64,000 nt of DNA from the IMG/VR virus record IMGVR_UViG_3300035670_000089, positions 33,571 to 97,570 of that record; one strand, 5' to 3'. Positions within the stretch are counted from its first letter, which is position 1; each line of letters starts with the position of its first letter. A program made the translations under genes and the position numbers. This document shows, in pieces, positions 1-12,000 of the stretch. The stretch is from a virus. A model generated the notes under the pieces. That model was not told where the DNA came from, did no database searches, and saw only the letters and a list, made by a program, of their open reading frames with translations.

Positions 1-3000
1 TAGGGAAATTAGGAGTGATCGGTAAAAATAATCCACCTACATCCTTTTCATTACTACGGAAAGGAGTTCTAGCTAGGGTGTAGGAGCCATCGGGAAGAGG
101 ACGATGACTCCCAGCGACATCACGATTTCCTCTCTGATGCTCTGGACGCCCACTAACTGCGTCTACAGCACCTACCAACTTACCATTCTTCCACATCTGA
201 AGAGAGTAAATAGGAGACCCATGTTGCGTCTTTCTATTGGTGGGTACTAAAGTCACCAAACTTGGGAACAACTTCGTGTCTAAGTCCAACCTCTGGTCGT
301 ATCGTCTTGTCTGCGTTTGAGATGTCTGTCGTGAATTTGTTCTCTGCTGCTGCTTAGGTTGTTGAGGTTTAGATCGTTGTTGCTTCTGTTTCTTAGATTG
401 AGGGGTACTTAAAACGCGGTAAGACATATTTCTTATCTCACCCTGTTCGATAGGAGCTATCTTCTCAAAAGCCCCTGCAGATAAGTCAAACATTCTACGC
501 GGAGTAAGCGGACCGTTATCGTTAACCCGTACGACAACACTCTTTCCGTTATCGTCATTACGGATTTCTATCATCGTTCCGTAGGGGAACATCGGACGAC
601 CGTTTACCAATTTAGCCGCAACAGTCATAGCGGTGGGATCCATCTTCTCACCTGTGGCTGTGCCTTTACCAGCGAAGCCGTCTCCTCTACCGTAGTAGCT
701 TGCTCTCTTATCAGTCTTTATCCAAGCAGGGCCGGAAGACTTCTGCTGTTTAGGTTGACTTTGAGGCGGTGTACTCTTACCCGGGGGTGAAGGAATTGGG
801 GTTACTGGAATGTTAGGAGCAAAAGCTTCTTTAGGTCTACTCTGTTGAGACGCTGGAGCGGCATCTTGGAATCTATAGGTTCCAGGTTGCATACCAGCAC
901 CATGGAAAAATTCGTATACCGCTTCCCCTTTTGCGTTATATCCAATAATTTGTTGTCCCGAACGACCTTGTTTACCTACAGTGAAATATCCTCCGGGAAT
1001 AACCGGAATAATGTAGTTAACGTTGGCACCCCCATCTGTACTGGATGTTTTAGCCTTACCGGTATACCTAGCTTTACCTTTAATAGGGACATAAAAGTCC
1101 ATCGCAAAACGAGAACTATGTCCCCTATGTGCAACCTGCGCCGCGCGTATTTTCCTTAATTTCTCTTTAAAACTATCGGTAGAGCGGTAGACCACACCTC
1201 CTACAGCCCTATTAGAAAATTCTATTCTTCTCCCTTCCGCTTCATAACCTCGGGCAACCGCGTCCATTAACGCGACTCTCTGTTCATCAGACACCCCACC
1301 ATAAATCTTAAAGTCAATATGATAAGGGTCACCTCCGCCCCCGTGTATAGTCTTCATTGGAGTTTTATACGCGGAGCCATTACTTACTAAACCACCAACT
1401 GCTCCTCTAGAAGTACTGACCGAAGTCTGTTCCGCCATACGCTGAGATTGAGAACCACCTTTAGCAGTGTTCTTAGGAGCAGGGGGCGGAGTTTGAGGTT
1501 GTTTAACCTCTACGTTGGGCTTACCTCCTAGAAGAACAAAACCCACGTAAGGTCTAGAGTCGGTGTGAGCACCATTAATAATAGTCTCGAAGTGAAGGTG
1601 CGGTCCGGTAGAACCACCCGTAGATCCAACTTGACCTATAGCAGAGCCTGCCTTCAAGGTAGACCCTACTTTTAAGAAAGCTTGGCCTCGCATATGCATG
1701 ACTCTAAACTTCATGCCATTACCCGCATCTAATTCAGCCCAATACCCAGCGCCGCCCTCTTGATACCCTACTTTAGTGACAACCGTATCTTTCGTGAAGG
1801 AGATAAACATCCCATCGACGCCTTTCCCGCCAACTGAAGCAACATCTACCCCGCGGTGCATCTTCCGCTTACCGGATATAGGATGAACCCGCATCCCATA
1901 CCCCGAATTAATATCTGAAGCTTTAACCTGGGTAGCTCCTTTTACTTGTACTCCGTCGGGAGAAGCTTCACTCCACATACCCCCTTTATCAAACACAAAA
2001 TTCCCGCCACTCTCGGCATACCGCTGTCGAGTCGCGATTAAAGCCTCGATAGACTTCTCATAGGAGGTACTATGTCTATTTCCTCCAACACTGTCGTAAG
2101 CGCCCCGTCCGGATTTACCGTATTCAATCGAGGCCCACTCTAAAGCTAAAGCTTTCTGTGCCGCAACGATATCATCACTCTGTCCCGTTATATACTTCCA
2201 GATAGCGGGGCGTTTCCATTGGAGTAAAGATACCGCCAACCGCATTTGAGTGTCTTCATTAAACGGAGTATTCGGGTCTATACCCGTATTCTTAACCGCC
2301 CCGGCTAAAGTAGACGGAATAAATTGATACCGCCCTACCGCGAATACTTTTCCTTTACTCTGCGCCTCCATTATCTCCGCTAAAGTGGTCTCTTGTACCC
2401 TCTTACCGAAGACAGACTCCCAACTACTATTCATAGAGTCTCCGGCTTTGCCTCGGTTAAAGGAACCCCAGTCTCCCTCTCCCGCCGAAATCATATTCAA
2501 GATGTCTGCAAACGTACCCCGGACATCCCCTTGGATAAGACCCATGAAGTCATTACCTGCTCGGAAAGCCGCTTGCATTCCGCCCGCAATCCGATCCGCT
2601 ACCCCCTTAAAGAGTTTGGTCTTCGCTTCGTAAATAAATCTACTTGCTCCTGTTACCGCTTTCCACGCTAATCCGAAGAAGTCGAGAATACTCCGCCACG
2701 GCCCTTTCTCTCCTTTCAGTTTGTCCTCATATAACTTATACTCCTCCGCAAATGTAGACTTCTGCTTCTTCGCGTCTTGAGCCGCTTTATTTACCTTCTC
2801 TTTATCCTTACTACTCTTCTCCTCCTTCTCCAACTTGTTGACCTTACTAGGAAGTTTTACCTTAGTCTCTTTCTGTAATGAGGTCTCTTTAGACAACACC
2901 CCAGATAATAATTGCAGCGCGGGGTCGTTCGCCGGAGTATAAATAGTCTTATCCCCCAGCGCACCAGAAGTAACTCCGCTTCCTACTCCACTAACTCCTC

Positions 3001-6000
3001 CACCCACCGAACTAAGAGTTCTACCGCGTTGGGTCTGTACCCGTAGTCCAGACTGTTCTACAACCTTACGAGAAGTAAACGAGTTTCTCTTTTCAGCTTC
3101 AGTACTACGAAGGACAGCCAGAGAACCTACATACATCGCGGTGCCCACACCGAAACCCATCGAGAGCATTTGCTTCTGCTCTTCCCAGTCTTTCTGTTCC
3201 TCCGCCGTCCGTTTCCTCTTTAACCACCACTTCTCATACGCCTTACCCCCAACATCCAAGGCTTGATTAGTAAGACTATAGATTCCATAAGCCATCAAAG
3301 CCACACTACCTAAAGTCCCTAAGGTAGCTATAGCCGCGGCGCTTGAAGCGGCCATAGCGCCTAACCCCGCCATGGCAGCCCCAAAGGCTAAGCCTCCGAG
3401 AATACTCATACCAAAGTTCGTCGCTGTTTCTCCTGCGGACTTCCCACTTAATATATCGTCCGCTAACTGTAAACCGGTACCGAGAAGAGCCATAGCGCCG
3501 CCTTTACCTTTAAGGCCAAACTTCCCGGTGTCAGTCTTACCTACTCCAAACGTCCCTTCGACAATACCGCGCATACTAAACTCAGCGCGTAGTCCTTGCC
3601 CAAATCGTCCGAAGAATCCAGCTTGGCCTCCAACACCTACATTCCCAAACCGCGTATCCAGCTTGGAACCCCAAGTCTCTAACTTACCGCTACCTTCCCA
3701 TACTCCTCTCCCTAAATTACTAGCAACCGTCTTTACTCCACTAACAGCTTTATCCGCCGCGCCTTTAGTCTTATCGATAATGGTGTCTAAGATAAGACCC
3801 TGGATATCTATACCCTGCGCGGTACCTCTACGAACGTTACTCCACCGCTCTCTACGCCCCGCTGCTTTAGATTGTTTTTGTACCCGTACAAATCCCCCCG
3901 GAGCTTTCTTTCTTTGTGGGGGTTTAAAGCCCATTTCTACTTGTACGTCGAAGCCCGCGGCTTTCATCATGCGGTTATATGCAGCTTCAAAACCTTTATC
4001 CGGAGCTTCATGTGTATGAAGTCCTTTACCCACACTATTAACAGGGAACTCTTCATAAACCTCAGCCGCCGCGTTATACGCGCTAAGTTCATCTATAAAG
4101 CCGCCTGTAAGTTTACGGAACAGCCGGTCATCTTCAATACTTAATTGCCCAGTCTCGGCTCTCTCCGCTAATTTATTTATTTGGGAGACTACATCCTGAT
4201 TAGGTCTAGTGTAATTAGTTCCCTCTACCGTTTGTACGCCTAGAACCCCAACCGCATAGTGGTGGGAAGAAGATAGAGCGCCTCTATATACGTATTGCCG
4301 GCGCTGTTTACTCTCTAGACTTACTTCAATAAAATCACTACGCAACTTATTTGTAAGAAGCGTCTCTTTTAGAAAACTTACATACTCTTTAGCGCTATCA
4401 AAGAAATCTGTTTTAGAGGTATACCTAGTGTTATACGCGTGAGCCTGTTCATGCACAAGCGTGTCTAGAATATCCAACGAAGTATCACCACGCGCGAGAT
4501 TAACACTAACTACATGTCTTCGTGGGTCATAGTACCCTTTATATGTAGATTTAGGGTCGCGTACAATCTCTAAAGTTGGAGCCTTCTCATGGGGGAACAT
4601 CCGCTCAATCTGTTCGTTTGCGAATCTTATCTCCTCCTCCTGCATAAAGGAATCTCCGCGGAAAACCATATCTGGCCTTTCCTCAAAATAGAACGAGGGT
4701 CCATTCCATAACCTATCCCACAACCCAACTTTTTGTTTTCTAACCCCGGCATTGCTTAAATCTACTCTTTGAGTGGCGGCCTCCCCTTTCAAGTTTTGAA
4801 TATCGTTAGATTTTTGTAACGCGTTTAGCCTCTCATTGATATAATCCGCTTGAGCTAACTCTCTCGCAACTTTAGCTTCAACTTCTCCTGTGTTAGGCAC
4901 TAAATCTGTATTTAAGGTCTCGTTGGCGCTCTGTCTTAATTTAGCCTCACGTTCTCTCAGAGAATCAAAACCATCTTCCCAAAGAAGGTCGTCATCTACA
5001 GACTCAATAAATATTCTGGCGCTGCGGGATGCATCAGCCCCCGCGCGTAAGTCTTGGAGCATCCCAGCTTTACCCGCATAGACTAAATTGTGGTCTATAG
5101 GGCGTAAAGATTCAGAGGGAGGTTTAGAAGTCTCTGCATCCGGCTTAGATTGCGGCGTTGGTTTAGTTGGGGGTAAGGGCGGAGGTGTTGGTGTTGGTTT
5201 AGTTGGAGGTAGAGGTGGAGGTGTTGGTTTAGATGATTCCACCGTGGGTTTAGATACGGGTCCGGGACTCTCGGCTGTCGGTGTAGTCGGAGTTGGGGAC
5301 TTACCGGAGCGTAAGTCTTCAAGTTCTTTATGTTTTGCCGCAAGCTCCGCTTCCTTACGCGCAATCTCCTCTTCCCGATCTTTAAATTTATCGTGAGAAC
5401 TCTTCTGCTTCTCTCTATATTTCGCCTCAATCATCTCCTCTTCAGATAATGCCGGAGTAGGAGGAGTAGGAGGAGTAGGAGGAGTAAGAGGAGTCGGAGG
5501 TTTAGATTCTAATTCTGCTCGTTTGCGAGCGGCTTCGGCTTCAACGGCTTCTCTCTGTTGTTGCGTCTCATTTTGAAGCTGTCTCTTCTTAGCTTTAGCT
5601 TCATCTTCTATTTGTTTTAGCTCTGGAGGAATAATCTGCTCCTTCGCCGCTATAACCGCCGCGCGTTCAGCTACTATACCTAAACGCTCGTTCTTGCTTA
5701 AAGTTCGCCCCGTCCTCTTGTCTTTAGACAACCTTAAAGTTAAGTCTTGCTCTATAAGAGTAAGTTGCTCGTAACTATATTGCCCACTTGTATACTTATC
5801 TATTTGGTCCGAACGGTATTGTAATACCGCCGGCGCAAATGACGGTTTAGACGACGTAGTCTGAGGTTTAGGGGTAGGCTTCGGAGTAGGTTTAGGAGTA
5901 GGTTTAGGAGTAGGGGCAGGGGTAGGTTTAGGGGTAGGTTTAGGGGTAGGTTTAGGGGGTTCCCCCAAAATCGTTTTAGCGGTTTCTACTCGTTCTTCCG

Positions 6001-9000
6001 CCGCTTCCTCGTTTAACTTTTGGGTATTCTCTGCAGAAGTCTCCGGGGGTTGTGGTTTAGGTGTGGGTTTAGGTGTAGGTTTAGCTGGCTCTACCGGTTC
6101 CGCTGTTTCAACCGGGGTCTTCGTTTCTTCAGGAGATTGAGGTGTAGCGCCCATCTCTTCCTTAATATTTGTCTTAGCTTTCTCCTGAGTTTGCTTTAGG
6201 TCTCTCTCTAACTTCCTATTCCAGAGCGACCGCCCTAACTTATACGCACCGTAAAGTCCACCCGCCAGAAGAGCGTGTCCCCCAATGGTGGCGTATAACT
6301 CATCATGATTCTTCTCTTTATTAAATAAGTAAGCTTCCTGCGAGATAACAGAACCTAAATAGTTACCGATATACCCGCCGATAATACCGCCGACTATCGC
6401 TCCCGGAAATCCTCCAAGTAATCCTCCAATGACCGCCCCCACACCCGCGCCCACAAGCGCACCGGTTAAACCACCTTTACTAGCGGAGTCAGCGTATTTG
6501 ACGTACTCCGCCTGCGAAGTGATATTAGCGCGCTGTAATCGCTGCCAATATCTCTGTCCTTGACCAAACCCACCAGATACTTCAGACGCAAAGGAACCAA
6601 TTATGTTTAGCGCGGTACCTATACGGGGTACCACACTTAACCCTGTAAATATCCCCGTGACGTTACGTTTGTTGATGTCTACAATTTCTTGGCGGGGACT
6701 GGTTTTGTAATGTCGAAGGTTTTCCGCGGCTTGAGAATTACTGTGCAGAGTAAATGGAGCGGCTACAACCGCAATCGCGGCGTCAAAAGCTCTACTCGTT
6801 ACAATTCTGAATATCTGTCCGCTTAAGGAACGCCCCGCTACTTCTTTAGTAGCTTCCCTACTCGCCGCTCGGTACAGTTCCTTCTGGAACATTCTATTCC
6901 GTGCTGCCTTTGAAAAAGCTTGTCTACCCCCACCGCGCGCCATTCTCTCTGCGGTAAGTCTCGCGGCTTCTCTATACACCCGCGCCTGAGTACTTCGTAC
7001 CGAGGATTTTACGCCCTCTTCGACTAAATCGTCTCCAGCGCTAGCTACACCTCTATAAAGAGAAGAGTACCGAGTACCTTTTAAACGGGAGGGACTAACT
7101 CTTGAAGCGTAAAGCCTGGGTAGTCTTGATGTTTTTGCCGACGCCGGACTAAACCTTAAAGAATCTCCCTTTAAGAAAGGAGACCGCATAAATAAGTCTC
7201 TGGTCTTATTCACTTCGTTAAGATATCTCCAACCAGAGACCGCCCCGGTAGTTACACCGTAACCTATACCCGCGACAGCTAACCCGAAGACTCCAAACTC
7301 CACAACGTCTCTAGTTGTAACTTGGGACTCATCCGCCGTTCCTTCATCCGCATAGGCTGAGGGGGGCATCAGCATATCCCCTATACCCGGTAAAGCAGAT
7401 ATAGTTTTACCTATTAAAGACCGACGTCGGGTACCCCGCTCGGAATACATTCTATCCCCCAACCAATTCCCTACGAATTCCCCAACACTATTTTGGAGAA
7501 TCATCGTTGTGGAGATCTGTTTAGCCCAACTAAGGTTTATCTTACCTCGGGTGACTCCACTGAGAATCAGACTACCTAGGTTTACAGATGCACCTATAGC
7601 GGCGCCCGCTACATCTCTACTCGCGGCTCTATATTCTTGAATATCACTATAGCCGCCCAGACTATTAAGTCTCCACATAGAAAAAGACATTAGAGCGGTG
7701 TCTACCCCTGTGGACATCAATGCATTTATAGTTCCTCTACCTAAACTCCTAAGAGGTCTAAAAGCAGAACTGTCATACGCTTTCTTAGCCGCCATTGGTA
7801 GCGACTCGGATAAGAAGGTTGTAAGTCCATTCCTAAAAGGTTGACTCCCGAATAAGAATTCGTGTACCCCTCCCCATATTTTATGGAATAGAGATTGTTG
7901 TGGCCGAGGGGGTAACGGTGTAGTCGGGGAGGTTGGTGGAATATTAGGCGCAGAACCTCTTCTAAATGTAAAGTTCGCAAGAGAACTTACAAGACCGCCG
8001 ATTCCTTTACTAATACCCTTCAGTATTGGTAAGCCCACAGTCCGGAGTCCAAAAGGATCGAATAAGTCTTCCACTTCACGGAAGATAATATTGTTCTGCC
8101 GAACCGGAACATAATTCGGATTAAGGATATTCCGAGCGTCTTGTACAATTCCCCTAAAGGAGAATTTAAAACCATACCGTATAGCGTCGGTGGCTCCATA
8201 AGCTCCTCCACCGATAAACTGCCACTTTCTTCTTTCGTCTCTATACTCTTCAGTGGTTTGGTCTTCGTCTTTATGTAGGAAATTATATAAGAATCCTGTT
8301 AAGAAATACCCTTTCAGAAAACCCGTACCCGCACCCAACGCCATACGAGAGGACGCTCTACCAATACGAACACGCTCCGGGGCTAAGTCTTTAAATGTGC
8401 GCCCAGCCTCTCTGGCCTTAGCAGCCTCTCGGGCATAGTTCATCATTCTTCTTTCATACCCGCGGCGAATACCGCCCTTGATGCCCATATACGTCACCGA
8501 TGTAGCACCCGAAACCCCCAAGGATAATTTTGTATAATCCTCGTCGGACATACCGGTGGCGGACGTAACTAAAGACCTCCCGTACTGCATTAAGCCAAAG
8601 GTAGCCCCTCCGACTAATGCTCCTTTGCCTAAATATTCAAATACAAAAGGAAGAGCAGATCTGCCTATCCCTTTATATTTCAGCATGTCATTTAACTGAG
8701 CATTATTTATATTGACCAACTCTTCCGCAGTCAATCCACTAAGTTCCTCAAACTTCTTAATGTTTTGGTTAGCGAAATAAGTGTCTACTACATCTAACCC
8801 AGACTTAATCTGTCTGGTTAACGGACCCATAAACGAATTGGCAAAACTAGCCGCCCCAGACATTCCCCAAATAAAGGGGTCAATCTGTCGATACTTACGT
8901 CTCTCCCTATCCGATAGAGAGTTACTAAATATAGCGGTGAGAACCCCGTAAGTAATCAGTCCGGTTAGGGCTCCCCGGGATACTCTATTATTCCCAATGC

Positions 9001-12000
9001 CCGACAGCACTCCTTTAAAGGCATCTCCAATTCTTTCGCCGGTGGATACAATAGCCCCACCCATTCGCATAATGCCAGAGGTGTCTATAGATGCCCCTTT
9101 AAAGGGGGCAGTAATATTACCGTATATAGTGGACGCTGTGTCTCTAAGAACATTAGGAGTCTCTCGAATAGCGTAAGCCGTGTTATCCGCCACCTTCGCT
9201 AGAGTATAGGATGTAGAACCTACACTCTCCTGCGGTATTTTATTAGTTACATACGAACCAACCACCGCCGTCCCTATAGAGCCAAACGGAGTTTCGTTTA
9301 TACGTTGTCGGTAGGGTCTACCATGCAACATATCTCCTAATTGATTCCGTCTCAATGCGGCTAAGGTTAACAGTTGAGACATATACGGCTTAGGTCCAAA
9401 AGGAGCTAAGACCCGGAATGCATATCCTTTTGTATCGAAATAACGCTGGTAGGTTGTGTATTCGCCAAAGCCATTAATCCTCCCCTGTAGGAATGGATTA
9501 ACTAGTTCATCGTCGAGGCCCGCTTGTGTAGAAGCTGCGCGGGCATAACGTTCTCTATTCTTCTCGGCGATATAATCGCTGATGTCTCTCTCATTCGTCT
9601 CCCAAGGTACGGGACCTTGGAAGGTTATCAACCCTTTACTATACTTCGTGTCTCTATTCCACCAAGCTTCGCTGGTCTCAGGAAGTACAGCGTTCGTTAT
9701 ATAGGCAAGAGGAGTCCCCTCAAACTTACGGTACAAAGAGGTAATAGTAGGGTCTAGCGCTCTAGCAGGTAATCCTAAGACTTGCAACGTCTCATTCAAC
9801 ACCGGGACTCCGACTAAAGTATTAATAATCGGAGCCAGGACACGGTTGGCGAGAGGTTTAAATATATGTCGGTCTAAATGCCGAACGCCCTTAGTAATAC
9901 TATCTGTGATTCTTCCTTCATTAAACTTCTGGTCAAGGAAATAACCACCGAGGATAGCCCCCGTTGCTACCCAACCAGCAGGGGTAAACATACTCTTCGC
10001 GGCGAAGGAGAGTAATGTCATACCTATACCGGTCTCAATTATCATATTCGCCGCGGCTTCCGACGCCCTCATTCTCTCCATCGGAGATTTCTCCGACGCG
10101 GCCTGAGTAACCATACTGTAGACTGGGTAGAACGTAGCGACCTCCATCGCTTTACCCAGGAGTCCAAAGGCTCCGGTAGCGGCTTCTCGAAGACTACCGA
10201 GATACCCTACTCTAGCGACTCTATCTGTAGTACTCATACTAAATAGAGAAGCATTCCGATTATTTAAAAGCCGCCGTGCAATTTCCCGTTGTTCCCTCGG
10301 GGATATTTTCTTACGGGGAAGACGTTGAGGTACATGAGACGCCCCCTCGTCTTGTATCGCGGAATTTAGGATAGCATCCTGTATATCCAGAATCCGCTCT
10401 GCAATATTCTGAATAATGTTGTACTTATTCTGCGGCGTAACATGCGTGGAGTTTATCTCGTCAGTAATAAGAGAGCTAAGTTTCCCAAACTTATCCTCAA
10501 TAAGATCGTCCACTGCTGCATCTATACCTGTAGCAGACGAACTGTCAATAAAGAATTCTAGGAGGCGTTTCGTAGAACCGTCGTTAACGTCGATAGAAGC
10601 ATCCAGGAGTATATCTCGTAGCTCCCGCTTAATCCTACCGGTGAGGTCTTCAACCTCTTTTCCAATATCGACTCCCGGTTTTTTCTTACTCTCGACGAGA
10701 GTATCTATCTGTTTTACAAACTCACTCTCTCTATCAGGGAGGTCCTCGACATAAGAGGACAACCTACTGTTTAAATCTACAAACTGATCTTGTATCTTAC
10801 GAGCGTTTTGAGTACTAACCGTTAAAGTTTCGCTACCTAACCGCAATCTACGCGCACCTTTAGTTTGGCGTTGCCGACCCTGAACTTGGAAGTTATCCCC
10901 AGAACTTACAATAGTAAAGTTAGAGTTTTGTATACTCGCAATCCGTTCAGCGACTTTCTCCTCCATACCTCGAATCGTTCCACCTTCCCCAAAAGCGGCA
11001 AACGCGGACACCGTTGTCATCAATGAGAATGTCGTCGCGGCGGTAACCGCAGTAAATGTCAAAGCGGTGGTCAAGGTCATAATTACCGTAGACCCTACAA
11101 AAGGCACCGTCTTCTGTTCTACTTCCCCCTTAGAGTTTGTCGAACTATACTCCCTCAGTTTGGGGAAGTAAGCCATCTTTAAGGGCTCAATGAAATAACT
11201 GAAGATATTTCCCCGTTGGGCTTGTTTACGAGATTCCATAAGACCTGCGAAGTCCATCGTAGGTTTCTCAAAACTCCCTGTGGTTAAGAACCTTCCCCCC
11301 ACATTAAAGGTGTTAAGAAATAAATCCAGTACTCCAGGTTGTTGAGATTCCGCGCCGGGTACATATTGAAATATTCCATCCAGGTCGTACTTAGTCCAAT
11401 CCACACTCTTCAGACCTTCGACGAGAACATCCCCCACCTTAAGGTTTTCGATACGCCCCGAGCGCGCCATCTCTAAGAAGTAGTCTATAAACAGTTCAGA
11501 ACCCCGCTGTCTAGCGGCATGTTGGGCGTAGAATTCTCTAACCTCTGCCGCCATGGCTAATTCTCTACTAGAGCCACCTAAAGCTTGGACTTCGCTAGCG
11601 GTAGTTTTACCGTATAAACGAGATGGAGTTTTCTTAGGAGTAGCTCCTCGAATCTTTGCCACCGCTTTATCGGAGTATTCTCCTTTAGTAGAGAGGATAG
11701 CAGAAAGGACTTTAGCGTCATCAGCGGAGATGGACTCCATGTTCATGTATACCTTGGACTGGGATATATCCGCCCCCGGAGATTGAGCCTGTAGATACGC
11801 ACGCCAGGTCTCAGTTCCTTCCGACATACCCCAAGCACCGAAGATATTCGCAAAAGGATTAGGGTTGTCTTTATACATCCCCGTCATCTTCCGAATATCG
11901 CCGAACAACCCCAAGGTAAATAAATTAAGAAGATTAGGGATAAAGTTCTCTTTATTCGCGGGTGCGAATGGACTAGAGTACCCTAGAGCTCTTCTAGCCG

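Noticed and set aside
410-720. DPBB domain here as another RNA polymerase barrel
   Set aside because: Its motifs are those of RlpA-type lytic transglycosylases, there is no DxDGD, and it sits in a lysin array
5865-5960. Telomere-like, G-quadruplex-like GGTTTAGGGGTA repeats
   Set aside because: Fully explained as PKPT codons in the giant protein; unit length is a multiple of 3, with no spacers, so not CRISPR or telomere
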